Notes under the pieces: generated by a model
The model's input: the letters and a program-made list of their open reading frames with translations, nothing else
The model's database searches: none
Told to the model about the DNA's origin: nothing
In this document: positions 17,653-26,478 of the stretch, piece by piece
Numbering within the stretch: position 1 is the first letter of the stretch
How the letters are laid out: each line of letters starts with the position of its first letter
Position numbers and translations under genes: made by a program
Assembly: GCA_037445735.1 (NCBI GenBank)
Contig: JBBIJY010000029.1
Location: forward strand, 1-32,255
DNA from: Armatimonadota bacterium
Lineage (GTDB): Bacteria > Armatimonadota > Fimbriimonadia > Fimbriimonadales > GBS-DC
Reading direction: 5' to 3'
DNA: 32,255 nt

Positions 17653-18669
17653 TCAGTCGCCCGTCGCGTTGCGCAGATGCTCAGCGGCGTCTTCGGGCGC
17701 GGTGATGTTGATATAGATGCCCGTGCCCATCTCGAAGCCCGCCGGTATCGACAGGCGCGGCACCAGCACCAGATGCCAGTGGAACAGTGGCTCGCGCTCA
17801 AGGTTAATCGGCGCGGTGTGAATCATATAGTTGTACGGCGGGTCGCCTAACAGCCGATGAAGCCGTTGCAGGATATCCTGAAGGATGGATGCGAACGCCT
17901 TCAGCACTTCGGGCGGCTCCTGCGCAAAATGGGACGCATGGCGCAGTGGCAGGATGCACACTTCGAACGGGAAGCGCGAGGCGAACGGCGTGAACGCCAG
18001 AAAATGCTTGTTCTCCAGCACCACGCGCCTGCCGAACGCGCGCTCCTGCTGAATCATATCGCAATAGATACAGCGGTCGCGATAGTCGTAGTGGCGGGCG
18101 ATGCCATCGATTTTGAGCTGCACATCCATCGGCACCATCGGCAGCGCGACCAGCTGCGAATGGGGATGCTCCAGCGAGGCGCCCGCCGTGCGACCATGAT
18201 TGCGAAAAATCAGCACATATTTGAAGCGGGTGTCGCGCTGGAGATCGAGCGCGCGCTCGCGATACATCCAGAGCACCTCCTGCCACTGTTCGGGCGGCAG
18301 GGTGGCGGGGTGCAGGTTGTGCGCGGGCGTTTCGATAATCACCTCGTGTGCGCCGACGCCGTTCATCACATCGTAGATGCCGAACCCCTGTCGGCTCAAC
18401 TCGCCTTCACTGGCGAGCGCGGGATACTTATTCGGCACAGTGCGCACCCACCAGCCGGGCGTGTCGGGCGCACTGCCCGCTTCGCGAAAGGCGCCGATTT
18501 CGGGCGGGGTCTGATGCTCATTACCGGGGCAGAAGGGGCAGCTCTCCAGAAAGGCTGGCGGTGGCGGTGTGTCCGCCCCGTTTTTGCGAAAGTCGTGCGG
18601 GCGACGGCTGCGCTCCGTCGCGATAATCACCCATTCCCGCGTGACGGGATCGCGTCTGAGTTCTGGCAT
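17653..18669 (-). CDS. galT: Galactose-1-phosphate uridylyltransferase (class I, HIT superfamily)
   Basis: MPELRRDP, CPFCPGNE, NKYPAL, GAHEVIIE, GASLEHPHSQ. ATG 7 nt after TGgCATAAT. Confidence 0.92.
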   Translation of the reverse strand: MPELRRDPVTREWVIIATERSRRPHDFRKNGADTPPPPAFLESCPFCPGNEHQTPPEIGAFREAGSAPDTPGWWVRTVPNKYPALASEGELSRQGFGIYDVMNGVGAHEVIIETPAHNLHPATLPPEQWQEVLWMYRERALDLQRDTRFKYVLIFRNHGRTAGASLEHPHSQLVALPMVPMDVQLKIDGIARHYDYRDRCIYCDMIQQERAFGRRVVLENKHFLAFTPFASRFPFEVCILPLRHASHFAQEPPEVLKAFASILQDILQRLHRLLGDPPYNYMIHTAPINLEREPLFHWHLVLVPRLSIPAGFEMGTGIYINITAPEDAAEHLRNATGD

Positions 18670-18782
18670 CGTCAAGATTATGCCATGTCGCGCCCTGTAA
18701 TCTCATCGTTTCGGGTATCATTCTGGCGTTGCCGTTCGGCAATAGCGTAAAAAACCGACTCACACAAGGGAGGCGAGTAACG

Positions 18783-21347
18783 ATGGGTGGAATCTGGAAC
18801 AGAGATGGAGGTTTTTCAGGGAAGAATGGCGGGCGTGGGGCGGCGCTCGGCGCGCTCTGGCTGCTGGGTATGTCGGGCGCCTTTGCGAGCGAGGCGGTCG
18901 AACTACCGCCATTCGGCTCCACCGAGTACACCATTCTCACGCTGGTGCTGTTGATGGCGTTCGCCGCGCTGGCGTTCGGCGGCTACCTGTTCTTCTGGAC
19001 CCTCAAACAGCCTGCAGGCACGCCCCGTATGCAGGAGGTCGCCGCCGCCATCCAGGCAGGTGCGAATGCCTACCTCAAACGCCAGATTCGCACGATGATC
19101 TGGTTCGTGATTCTGATCACCGTTGGGCTGTTCGCGCTCTATTATCCTGTGTATCAGCGCATCTATCCCGATGAGGCGTTCCGTCTGGCGTTCGGGATCG
19201 CCCTGGCGTTCTTTCTTGGCGTGTTCGCTTCGTACGGCGCGGGTTTCGTGGGGATGTACATGGCGGTGCGCGGCAATGTGCGCACGGCAGCGAAGGCGCT
19301 GACCACCTTCAAGGGCGCGCTGGAGACCGCCTTTCGCGCGGGCGCGGTGAGCGGGATGTTCACCGTCGGGCTGGGACTGCTCGGCGCGACCATCATCTTC
19401 CTGCTCTATCGTGAGAAGGCGATGTTCGTGCTGATTGGCTTCGGTTTTGGCGGCTCGCTGGCGGCGCTCTTTATGCGTGTAGGCGGCGGCATCTACACCA
19501 AAGGTGCCGATGTGGGCGCGGACCTGGTGGGCAAGGTGGAGGCTGGCATCCCCGAAGACGACCCGCGCAACCCCGCCACGATTGCCGACAATGTGGGCGA
19601 CAATGTGGGCGACTGCGCAGGGATGGCTGCCGATGTGTTCGAGTCGTATGAGGTGACGCTGGTTGCCGCGATTATTCTGGGCGTGGCAGCCAGCGTGGTG
19701 CTGACCCCAGCCAGCGCGATGAAGCTGGTGATGTTCGCGCTGATGGTGCGCGGCGTGGGCATTCTGGCGTCGATTATCGGCGTGCTGGCGGTGCGGGGCG
19801 AAGACCGCGCCGACCTGAACCCGATGGCGCCCATCAGTCGCGGCTTCTGGGTATCCGCCGTGCTGGCCGCGCTGGGCAATCTCGGCGTCGCCTACTACTT
19901 CATGCAGGAGGTGCAGCTCAAGCCTGAGATGGGCGGCGCTGTGGTGGACTGGTGGCGATTCTGGCTGGCGACCGCGTTCGGGATTGTGATGGCGACGCTG
20001 ATTGAGCGCATCACCGAATACTTCACGGGCACCGAGAAGAAGCCCGTCAAAGAGATTTCGGCGTCGGCATCCACGGGACCCGCCACGCTGATTATTCAGG
20101 GCTTCGCCTACGGGCTGGAATCGAGCGTGTGGGCGGTGCTCGCGATTGTGCTGGCGCTGCTCGCGCCGCTGTTCATCTTTCCGCCCGGCGAGTTCGCGGG
20201 TCCGATGCTGTCGTTCTACGGCATCGCGCTCACAGGGCTGGGACTGCTCGCCACCACTGGCTACATTCTGGCGATGGACACCTTCGGTCCCATTTCGGAT
20301 AACGCGAACGGCATCTTCGAGATGTCGGGCGCGCTCAAGGAGCAGGGCAATCGCCCTGCTGCAGGTGGGCTGACGGGCGACCGTATCGTGCATCGGCTCG
20401 ACTCGGTGGGCAACACCACGAAAGCCCTGACCAAAGGCTTCGCGATTGCCACCGCGGTGGTGGCAGCGGTGGCGCTGTTCCACTCGTTTGTGGAGGATTC
20501 GCGTCTGGTGGAGCTGATCCGACTGGCGGCGGAGCGGGCGCCGAACCTGCGCGATGTGTTCGGCGGGCTGCCCGTGGATGTGCCGATTGTGTTCATCGGA
20601 CTGCTGATTGGCGGCGCGGCGCCGTTCCTGTTCAGCGCGTTCTCCATTATGGCGGTCGGGCGCTCCTCCTTCGAGATGATTAACGAGGTGCGCCGCCAGT
20701 TCCGCGAGCGACCGGGCATTATGGCGGGCACCGAGAAGCCCGACTACGGGCGCTGTGTGGAGATAGTCACGCGCGCAGCGCAGAAGGAGCTGCTCGGACC
20801 GGGCGTGCTGGCGATCGCCCTGCCGATTGCGGTCGGCTTCGGCTTGAGCATCGGCGCCACAGCGGTTGAGATTAACGGCACGCCCTATGTGCTGACGGGC
20901 GCACAGGCGCTGGGCGGCTACCTGGCAGGCGCGATTCTGACCGCCCAGCTGCTGGCGGTGCTGCTGGCGAACTCCGGCGGCGCATGGGACAACGCTAAAA
21001 AGCGCATCGAGGACGGCTTCCTGGGCGGCAAGGGCACCGACGCGCACAAGGCGGGCGTGATCGGCGATACCGTCGGCGACCCGTTCAAGGACACCGCCGG
21101 CCCCGCGCTCAACCCACTGATCAAGGTGATGAACCTGGTGTCGATCCTGATTGCGCCTGTGGTGATCCAGCCGCTGCCGAACTGGGTTCGCATCGCCGTT
21201 ACCGTCGTGGCGGTCGCAGCGCTGCTCTTCTCGATCTACTGGAGCAAGCGTGGCTCAATCGCCGAGACCCTCGAAACTGAGCTGGGCTACCAGCTGACCG
21301 AGGAGAAGCACGCCGTCGCCGTCGGCGCCACCAAAGACGGCTCATAA
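18783..21347 (+). CDS. hppA: Membrane-bound proton-translocating pyrophosphatase, K+-independent type
   Basis: GGGIYTKGADVGADLVGKVE, DDPRNPATIADNVGDNVGD, GNTTKALTKG, GDTVGDPFKDTAGP. SD GGAGG before ATG 18783. Confidence 0.95.
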   Translation: MGGIWNRDGGFSGKNGGRGAALGALWLLGMSGAFASEAVELPPFGSTEYTILTLVLLMAFAALAFGGYLFFWTLKQPAGTPRMQEVAAAIQAGANAYLKRQIRTMIWFVILITVGLFALYYPVYQRIYPDEAFRLAFGIALAFFLGVFASYGAGFVGMYMAVRGNVRTAAKALTTFKGALETAFRAGAVSGMFTVGLGLLGATIIFLLYREKAMFVLIGFGFGGSLAALFMRVGGGIYTKGADVGADLVGKVEAGIPEDDPRNPATIADNVGDNVGDCAGMAADVFESYEVTLVAAIILGVAASVVLTPASAMKLVMFALMVRGVGILASIIGVLAVRGEDRADLNPMAPISRGFWVSAVLAALGNLGVAYYFMQEVQLKPEMGGAVVDWWRFWLATAFGIVMATLIERITEYFTGTEKKPVKEISASASTGPATLIIQGFAYGLESSVWAVLAIVLALLAPLFIFPPGEFAGPMLSFYGIALTGLGLLATTGYILAMDTFGPISDNANGIFEMSGALKEQGNRPAAGGLTGDRIVHRLDSVGNTTKALTKGFAIATAVVAAVALFHSFVEDSRLVELIRLAAERAPNLRDVFGGLPVDVPIVFIGLLIGGAAPFLFSAFSIMAVGRSSFEMINEVRRQFRERPGIMAGTEKPDYGRCVEIVTRAAQKELLGPGVLAIALPIAVGFGLSIGATAVEINGTPYVLTGAQALGGYLAGAILTAQLLAVLLANSGGAWDNAKKRIEDGFLGGKGTDAHKAGVIGDTVGDPFKDTAGPALNPLIKVMNLVSILIAPVVIQPLPNWVRIAVTVVAVAALLFSIYWSKRGSIAETLETELGYQLTEEKHAVAVGATKDGS

Positions 21348-21362
21348 GCCCTTATTGGCTAT

Positions 21363-21406
21363 CCCTCACCCCTGTGCCCCCTCTCCCTCACTGCGGGAGA
21401 GGGGGG
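21363..21406. repeat. REP-like palindrome (CCCTCACCCC..CCCCCTCTCCC-N7-GGGAGAGGGGG); may terminate hppA
   Basis: 11-bp stem just after the hppA stop; same family as 11432-11480. Confidence 0.65.
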
Positions 21407-21548
21407 TTGACCGTTGCGGGCTATCGGGCGGGGTTGAGGGCGACGAATCGACAGGCTCCGATTCGTCATTCAGCGGCGTGAAAGTGTAGTAGTGGATGAG
21501 GCGTCCGTCCTCTTTCTGTTCGGTGCGGCGGTGCATCTGGAAGCGCAC
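21366..21548 (-). CDS. Small hypothetical protein (KEDGRLIHYYTF motif)
   Basis: Starts 3 nt after the ROK stop. Protein-like N-terminal half; the tail runs through the palindromic repeat. Confidence 0.45.
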   Translation of the reverse strand: MRFQMHRRTEQKEDGRLIHYYTFTPLNDESEPVDSSPSTPPDSPQRSTPLSRSEGEGAQG

Positions 21549-21551
21549 GGT

Positions 21552-22589
21552 TCAGCCCCCCCCGACGGCTTGCCATGCGAGCGCGGCACCGCCCAGAATG
21601 CCCGCGTCATCGATGCGTTCGGCAGGCACGATCTGGCACATCTCCAGCAGGGTGGGGATGGCGTGGTCGCGTGCGGCGCGGCGAATCGCGTCGAACAGCA
21701 CCGCGCCCGCTTTGGCAATCTGACCGCCAATCGCCACCACTTCGGGATTGAAGATGTTGATGAAGCTGGCGACGGCGACACCGATATAGTAGCCTGTTTC
21801 TTCCCACACTTCGCGGGCGATGGGGTCGCCCTGCTCGCAGGCGTCGGCGACCAGTTTGGGCGTGATTCGGCTGGGGTCGCCCTCACACAGTTGCATTAGC
21901 AGGCAGCCGGGTGCGCGGTGACTCTTCTCGCGGGCGCGTTCGATAATCGCGTCGCGTCGGGCGAGCGCTTCGATGCAGCCGGTGGCGCCGCAGCCGCAGC
22001 GGGGTCCGCCCATCAGCACAATCGTATGTCCAAGTTCGCCTGCGCCGCCGCCTGCGCCCACCAGCAGAACGCCGCCCTGCCAGCGGGCGTTGCCCTGCAC
22101 CTGCTCCTGACTCAGCACCACGCCGCCGCCGATGCCGGTGCCCAGCGTGAGCATCACCAGCCCCTTCGCCCGACCGCGCCCCGTGCCGTAGTAATACTCG
22201 CCCAGCGCAGCGAGGTTCGCATCGTTGCCCATGCATACGGGCAGCCCTGTCCTTTGCTGAACGGCGTCGCCCAGAGGCACCTCGCGCCACTCGTGAAAGA
22301 GACCATCGCGCCACTCGCCGAAGTTGGGCGCCCAGCGCACCATGCCCCGTATGCTATCGATGTGCCCTGGCACCGCCATGCCGACCGCGCCGATCTCGCG
22401 CTTTTCAACACCTGCCGACTGGATGGCGCCCTCTATGGTGCGCACAATCGCGTCGAGCGTGGCAGGGAAGCCTTCCTGCGCACGCGAGGGCTGTTGCAAC
22501 GGCTCGCCCACTATTGTGCCCGCGCGATCCACCAGCGCCGCGCGCACATTCGTGCCGCCCAGATCGACCCCTATGACGAAGCGTGCCAT
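21552..22589 (-). CDS. ROK-family sugar kinase (glucokinase-like)
   Basis: GVDLGGT, NDANLAALGE, LTLGTGIGGG, GELGH, zinc motif CGCGATGCIE. No N-terminal HTH. Confidence 0.92.
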   Translation of the reverse strand: MARFVIGVDLGGTNVRAALVDRAGTIVGEPLQQPSRAQEGFPATLDAIVRTIEGAIQSAGVEKREIGAVGMAVPGHIDSIRGMVRWAPNFGEWRDGLFHEWREVPLGDAVQQRTGLPVCMGNDANLAALGEYYYGTGRGRAKGLVMLTLGTGIGGGVVLSQEQVQGNARWQGGVLLVGAGGGAGELGHTIVLMGGPRCGCGATGCIEALARRDAIIERAREKSHRAPGCLLMQLCEGDPSRITPKLVADACEQGDPIAREVWEETGYYIGVAVASFINIFNPEVVAIGGQIAKAGAVLFDAIRRAARDHAIPTLLEMCQIVPAERIDDAGILGGAALAWQAVGGG

Positions 22590-22610
22590 CGCTAACAGTA
22601 TACTCGCTGG

Positions 22611-22985
22611 TCAGGCGGTGCTGGCACGAACCGCCAGCACGGTCAGCACGCTGAGCGGCACCAGCACGCCCAGAATGAAGCCCACCACCATCGCCATCCC
22701 ACCCTTGACCATTAGATAGGCAATCAGCATCAGGACGGGGTACTTCACCACTCCAGAAAGCATCAGCAAGCGCGGGAAGGCACGGCTGCCTGGCTGGGCG
22801 AATCGGCGTGCCAGCGCACTGTGGAAGAGAGTGATGGCGCCCATCGTCAGCGTGCCGGTCAGCAGTCCCACACCCGCGCGCGGCACGCCCAGCACGAGTG
22901 TCGCGATGAAACCGAGCGCGGCGAGCAGTGCGGTCAGGCGCACCGCGGAACGCACCATCCCTTCGGGTGAAGGCGTCTCTCTCAC
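22611..22985 (-). CDS. ATP synthase protein I-like 4-TM membrane protein
   Basis: Four hydrophobic segments, 'VVKYPVL..YL' pattern, GTGA overlap with the upstream AtpZ-like gene. Confidence 0.6.
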   Translation of the reverse strand: MRETPSPEGMVRSAVRLTALLAALGFIATLVLGVPRAGVGLLTGTLTMGAITLFHSALARRFAQPGSRAFPRLLMLSGVVKYPVLMLIAYLMVKGGMAMVVGFILGVLVPLSVLTVLAVRASTA

Positions 22986-23353
22986 GGCTTGCGCTCCTGC
23001 TCCTCCTGCAGGCGATTGAGCGTGCGAATCATCTGGGTGAAACCCGCCACGATGCCCAGCAGCAGCAACCCGACGGTCAGCCAGGGCGTGGTGTGCAGCA
23101 CGCGATCCAGCCACAGACCCAGCAGTGCACCCAGAATGATGGGACCGGTGAGCGCGAATCCGACCGAGAAGGCGAGCGCCATTCCGCGCGACGCCTCCAG
23201 CACGCGCGGCGCACGCGACGGCGCCAGATTCGGACGCTCGAACTGCACTTCGGGCACCTCGGGCAGCTCGGGCGTCGGCGGCAGCTCCGGCGGCTCGATC
23301 GGCTCGGGTGGCTCGCCTTCATCAACGCGCCTGATGGAGTCCGAATCGCTCAT
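22982..23353 (-). CDS. AtpZ/AtpI (ATPase gene 1) family protein
   Basis: GFALTGPIILGALLGLWLDRVLHTTPWLTVGLLLLGIVAGF signature; Pro/Glu-rich N-terminus. Confidence 0.85.
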   Translation of the reverse strand: MSDSDSIRRVDEGEPPEPIEPPELPPTPELPEVPEVQFERPNLAPSRAPRVLEASRGMALAFSVGFALTGPIILGALLGLWLDRVLHTTPWLTVGLLLLGIVAGFTQMIRTLNRLQEEQERKP

Positions 23354-24716
23354 GGATGACTCTCACCGCCTTTTCCACTTCGCTTTCGGGAATGATGCAG
23401 GAGAGGCTCAGCTCCGAGTCGGCGGTCTGCCAGACGGGGATACCCTCCTGCAGCAGCGTCTGATAGAGCATGGCGAAGATGCCAGGCTCCTGACTGTAGC
23501 CGTGCGCGATGAGGGAGACCATCGTGCAGCCTTCGGCGACGCTGATGGGCACGGGGCGCAGTCGCTCGCCGCCCAGCCCCGCCTTGTCCAGCATTCCGCG
23601 CTGAATCTGGCACACTTCGGTGGGCTGCTCGCCGAACTGCAGCAGATAGAACACCGGCAGCCCGTTGGGGAGTGCGGAAGCCCTGCTGGCGCACTCCAGA
23701 CCGTGTAACGGTATCACCAGCCCGTCGAGCGCGGTGCGCACGCGCTGCCAGTGTTCGCGCGAGAAGGCGATGCCCAGCCCCTCCTCATCCACGCCCACAC
23801 CCTGCAGGTTGACCCCGATCCGCGCCATCAGCCGATAGATTTCCAGCTCCAGCAGCGCCTTATGCTCGGCGTAAGGGATATGGAAACTGAGATAGACCAG
23901 TTTGCCCGTGTGGGTGACGCCCGTGATGCGGCGGTGTCCCGATTTGAGCTGGGCGACCACGCGCGTGCCGGGCTCGTCGGTGAAGGTGCATTTGACCCAG
24001 AGAGGGATTCCGTAGTCCATCGCAATTTCGGCGGCGCGGGGGTGCAGCACGCGCGCGCCCTGGTGGGCGATCTCGGCAACCTCTTCATAGGTGATTTCGC
24101 GCAGGGTGGGCGCGTCGGGCACGAAGTCGGGGTCGGCGGTCTTCACGCCGTCCACATCGGTGTAAATCTCGACGGCTTCCGCCTGGAGCGCGGCGCCCAG
24201 CGCAGCGGCGGTGGTGTCGCTCCCGCCCCGACCCAGCGTCGTAATGGCGCCCCGATAGAAAATCTTATCGGGTCGCGTCACGCCCTGAAAGCCTGCCACC
24301 ACGGGTATCCAGCCGCACTCCAGACAGCGCAGGATCGGCGTGGGGTTGATCTCCAGAATGCGCGCGTTGCCGAACTCCGAATCGGTGATGATGCCTGCCT
24401 GATTGCCTGTGAGCGCGACCGACGGATAGCCCAGAATGCGCAGTGTCTGCGCCATAATCACGGTGGAGATAATCTCGCCGCATGCCATCATCAGGTCTTT
24501 CTCGCGCGGGTGGGGCGGCACGCTGGGGTCTAACTGGGTGAGGAACTCCACCAGGGTGTCGGTGGCGTACGGCTCGCCGCGTCGCCCAATCGCGGAGACG
24601 ACCACCACCGGCTTGCAGCCCATCTCCAGGCACTGAATCACCTTGCGGGCTGCCATGAGCCGATGCTCGTGCGTGTCAACGCTTGTGCCCCCGAACTTCA
24701 GCACCCGAATGCGCAT
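23322..24716 (-). CDS. Aspartate kinase (DapG/aspartokinase I-like)
   Basis: KFGGTSV, VVSAIGRRGEPYATDTL, TTLGRGGSDTTAAALG, YTDVDGVKTADP, GARVLHPRA. Confidence 0.93.
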   Translation of the reverse strand: MRIRVLKFGGTSVDTHEHRLMAARKVIQCLEMGCKPVVVVSAIGRRGEPYATDTLVEFLTQLDPSVPPHPREKDLMMACGEIISTVIMAQTLRILGYPSVALTGNQAGIITDSEFGNARILEINPTPILRCLECGWIPVVAGFQGVTRPDKIFYRGAITTLGRGGSDTTAAALGAALQAEAVEIYTDVDGVKTADPDFVPDAPTLREITYEEVAEIAHQGARVLHPRAAEIAMDYGIPLWVKCTFTDEPGTRVVAQLKSGHRRITGVTHTGKLVYLSFHIPYAEHKALLELEIYRLMARIGVNLQGVGVDEEGLGIAFSREHWQRVRTALDGLVIPLHGLECASRASALPNGLPVFYLLQFGEQPTEVCQIQRGMLDKAGLGGERLRPVPISVAEGCTMVSLIAHGYSQEPGIFAMLYQTLLQEGIPVWQTADSELSLSCIIPESEVEKAVRVIHERFGLHQAR

Positions 24717-24718
24717 GG

Positions 24719-25246
24719 CTACCCCCTGGTGGCGTAATGCACGGCTCGCTCGCGCAGGCGGAAGGCGCGGCGCAGTTTGGCGACCACCTGCGGCGCCTTG
24801 CTGGCTTCAATCAGGCAGGTGACGCGGTTGTGCGCGTCGCTGATCTGCTCGATCGCTGCGCCCGATTCGTACAGAATCTCGGCGATTCGCGCCAGCACGC
24901 CGTGCAACTCGCGCATGTTCTGCGCGAAGACGGATACCATCACGCGCTGGGGCTTGACCGTGACGGAGAAGCCCGCTTCCTGGAGCACGGCGCGGGCGCG
25001 CTCCATCTCGGTCGCCTGCACGCCGAAACTCAGCCCCTGCCGCTGCAGCTTAATCAAAAAAATGCTGATGTTCGCCTGCTTCAACGCGTTCAGAATCGCC
25101 AGCCGCTGCTGGGGCACATCGGACGAATCGGGCACGCGCACAAACAGATAAGCGACCTCCGGGGAGACCACAATCGCGCTGACCCCACGCTCCCGCTCAA
25201 AACTGACCCGCTCCCCAGCAACAGGAACCACCTCTTCCGGCAGCAT
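24719..25246 (-). CDS. Stand-alone tandem ACT domain protein (aspartokinase beta/regulatory-like)
   Basis: RGVSAI..ANISIFLI..LSF..VSVFAQNMRELHGVLARI..IEQISD..VTCLI..LRRAF matches the aspartokinase C-terminal ACT-ACT layout. 2 nt from the kinase start. Confidence 0.8.
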   Translation of the reverse strand: MLPEEVVPVAGERVSFERERGVSAIVVSPEVAYLFVRVPDSSDVPQQRLAILNALKQANISIFLIKLQRQGLSFGVQATEMERARAVLQEAGFSVTVKPQRVMVSVFAQNMRELHGVLARIAEILYESGAAIEQISDAHNRVTCLIEASKAPQVVAKLRRAFRLRERAVHYATRG

Positions 25247-25253
25247 CGCAGGA

Positions 25254-25358
25254 AGGAGTATACCCTACTGTTCATCACGGGCAGTGCCAGTCGGTAGCGG
25301 ATGGTTCAGCAGCGTGCCGGCACAGGTGCTCGCTGTGGAAAAAGTAGGGTATACTCCT
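25254..25358. promoter_or_regulatory. Divergent promoters whose -10 regions form a perfect 16-bp inverted repeat
   Basis: AGGAGTATACCCTACT (25254-25269) and AGTAGGGTATACTCCT (25343-25358), each giving an outward TATACT. Confidence 0.6.
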
Positions 25359-25378
25359 GTATGGAGGAGCAGACGACG

Positions 25379-25552
25379 ATGCCGATATTGGGCTATATGG
25401 GCACACAGGAATGGTTGATTGTGCTGGTGATTGTGCTGGTGCTGTTTGGCGCCTCACGTCTGCCGGCGCTGGCACGCTCGGTAGGGGAAGCGCTCTCCGA
25501 ATTCCGTCGCGCCACCCGTGTGGAGGACGAGAACGAGCAGAACGCTCGATGA
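25379..25552 (+). CDS. tatA: Twin-arginine translocase subunit TatA/E
   Basis: G..EWLIVLVIVLVLFGASRLPALARSVGEALSEFRRA; SD GGAGG at 25363. Confidence 0.9.
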   Translation: MPILGYMGTQEWLIVLVIVLVLFGASRLPALARSVGEALSEFRRATRVEDENEQNAR

Positions 25553-26478
25553 GGGGAGTGAGCCATCCAGCGACTCAGCCAGCGCGGATACCCCTGCCCG
25601 AGCTTATTGCATGGCAGGGCATCCAGCTGTGGGTGCCACGCGGATGGTTCCTTAATGGCTTCAACGGCGACTGGCGCGAGGGTGTGCTGACAGTTAGCTC
25701 GCCCGGTCAAACGCATCTGGACATCAAGTGGGTGCGTACGCGGGCGCGCTCCGACCTGCGGTTCCACCTTCAGCGGTTCCTGAGGCGACTGGAGCGCGAC
25801 GCACGCCGACGTGGCGCCCGTTTTACTGCCACGATGGATGCCGACGGCACGCACAGCATCCGCTTCCGCTGGAGCGGGCATGAGCAGGCAGTCGGGCGCA
25901 TCCACCGCTGCCCGAAATGCCAGTGCATCACGCTGATGCAGCTGCGCTCCGCCTCGCGCCACGAGCCGCTGCACACGCTCGCCAGCGCGATTTTCGACTC
26001 GGTTCGCGACCATCCCGACGAGCGCGGGTGGGTCGCCTGGAGCCTGTACGGACTGACCACCAAGCTACCCGCCCGATTCCGACTGGAACAGCATGCGATT
26101 CTGACGGGTCAGACCCGCCTGGTTTTCCGCAGCGGGCGCGAGCAGCTGATTGTGGAGCGCGTCGCGCGCGCCCAGCAGCTGATGCGCGGCTGGGAGCTGC
26201 CCGACTGGGCGCACCACTGGCTCGGCTGGCACCGCTGGCACAGCAGAACCCACTGGCTGGAACTGGAGGGTCAACCCTATCTGCTTCTTGAAGGGCGCCT
26301 GCGCTGGCTCGCACTCCTGAGCGAAACGCTAACCAGCCTGCTGACCCTGCGCCGACCCGCGTGGCGACTCCACGCCGCCGCATGGCTCGACGAGAAAGCG
26401 AACGCCGTGTTCCATGTGCTGCACCGCAGCAGTCGCAAAAGCGAGCTGCTGAAAGAAATTATCGTGGCAACGGGATGA
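25549..26478 (+). CDS. Hypothetical Trp/Arg-rich protein (about 309 aa)
   Basis: ATGA overlaps with both tatA and the next gene. Two similar-looking halves ('WQGIQLWVPRGW', 'WSLYGLTTKLPARF') and a CPKC motif. Confidence 0.7.
   Translation: MRGVSHPATQPARIPLPELIAWQGIQLWVPRGWFLNGFNGDWREGVLTVSSPGQTHLDIKWVRTRARSDLRFHLQRFLRRLERDARRRGARFTATMDADGTHSIRFRWSGHEQAVGRIHRCPKCQCITLMQLRSASRHEPLHTLASAIFDSVRDHPDERGWVAWSLYGLTTKLPARFRLEQHAILTGQTRLVFRSGREQLIVERVARAQQLMRGWELPDWAHHWLGWHRWHSRTHWLELEGQPYLLLEGRLRWLALLSETLTSLLTLRRPAWRLHAAAWLDEKANAVFHVLHRSSRKSELLKEIIVATG

Noticed and set aside
25247..25378. Lysine riboswitch upstream of the aspartokinase operon
   Set aside because: The region is too short, lacks L-box motifs, and has a -10 box 10 nt from the start codon.
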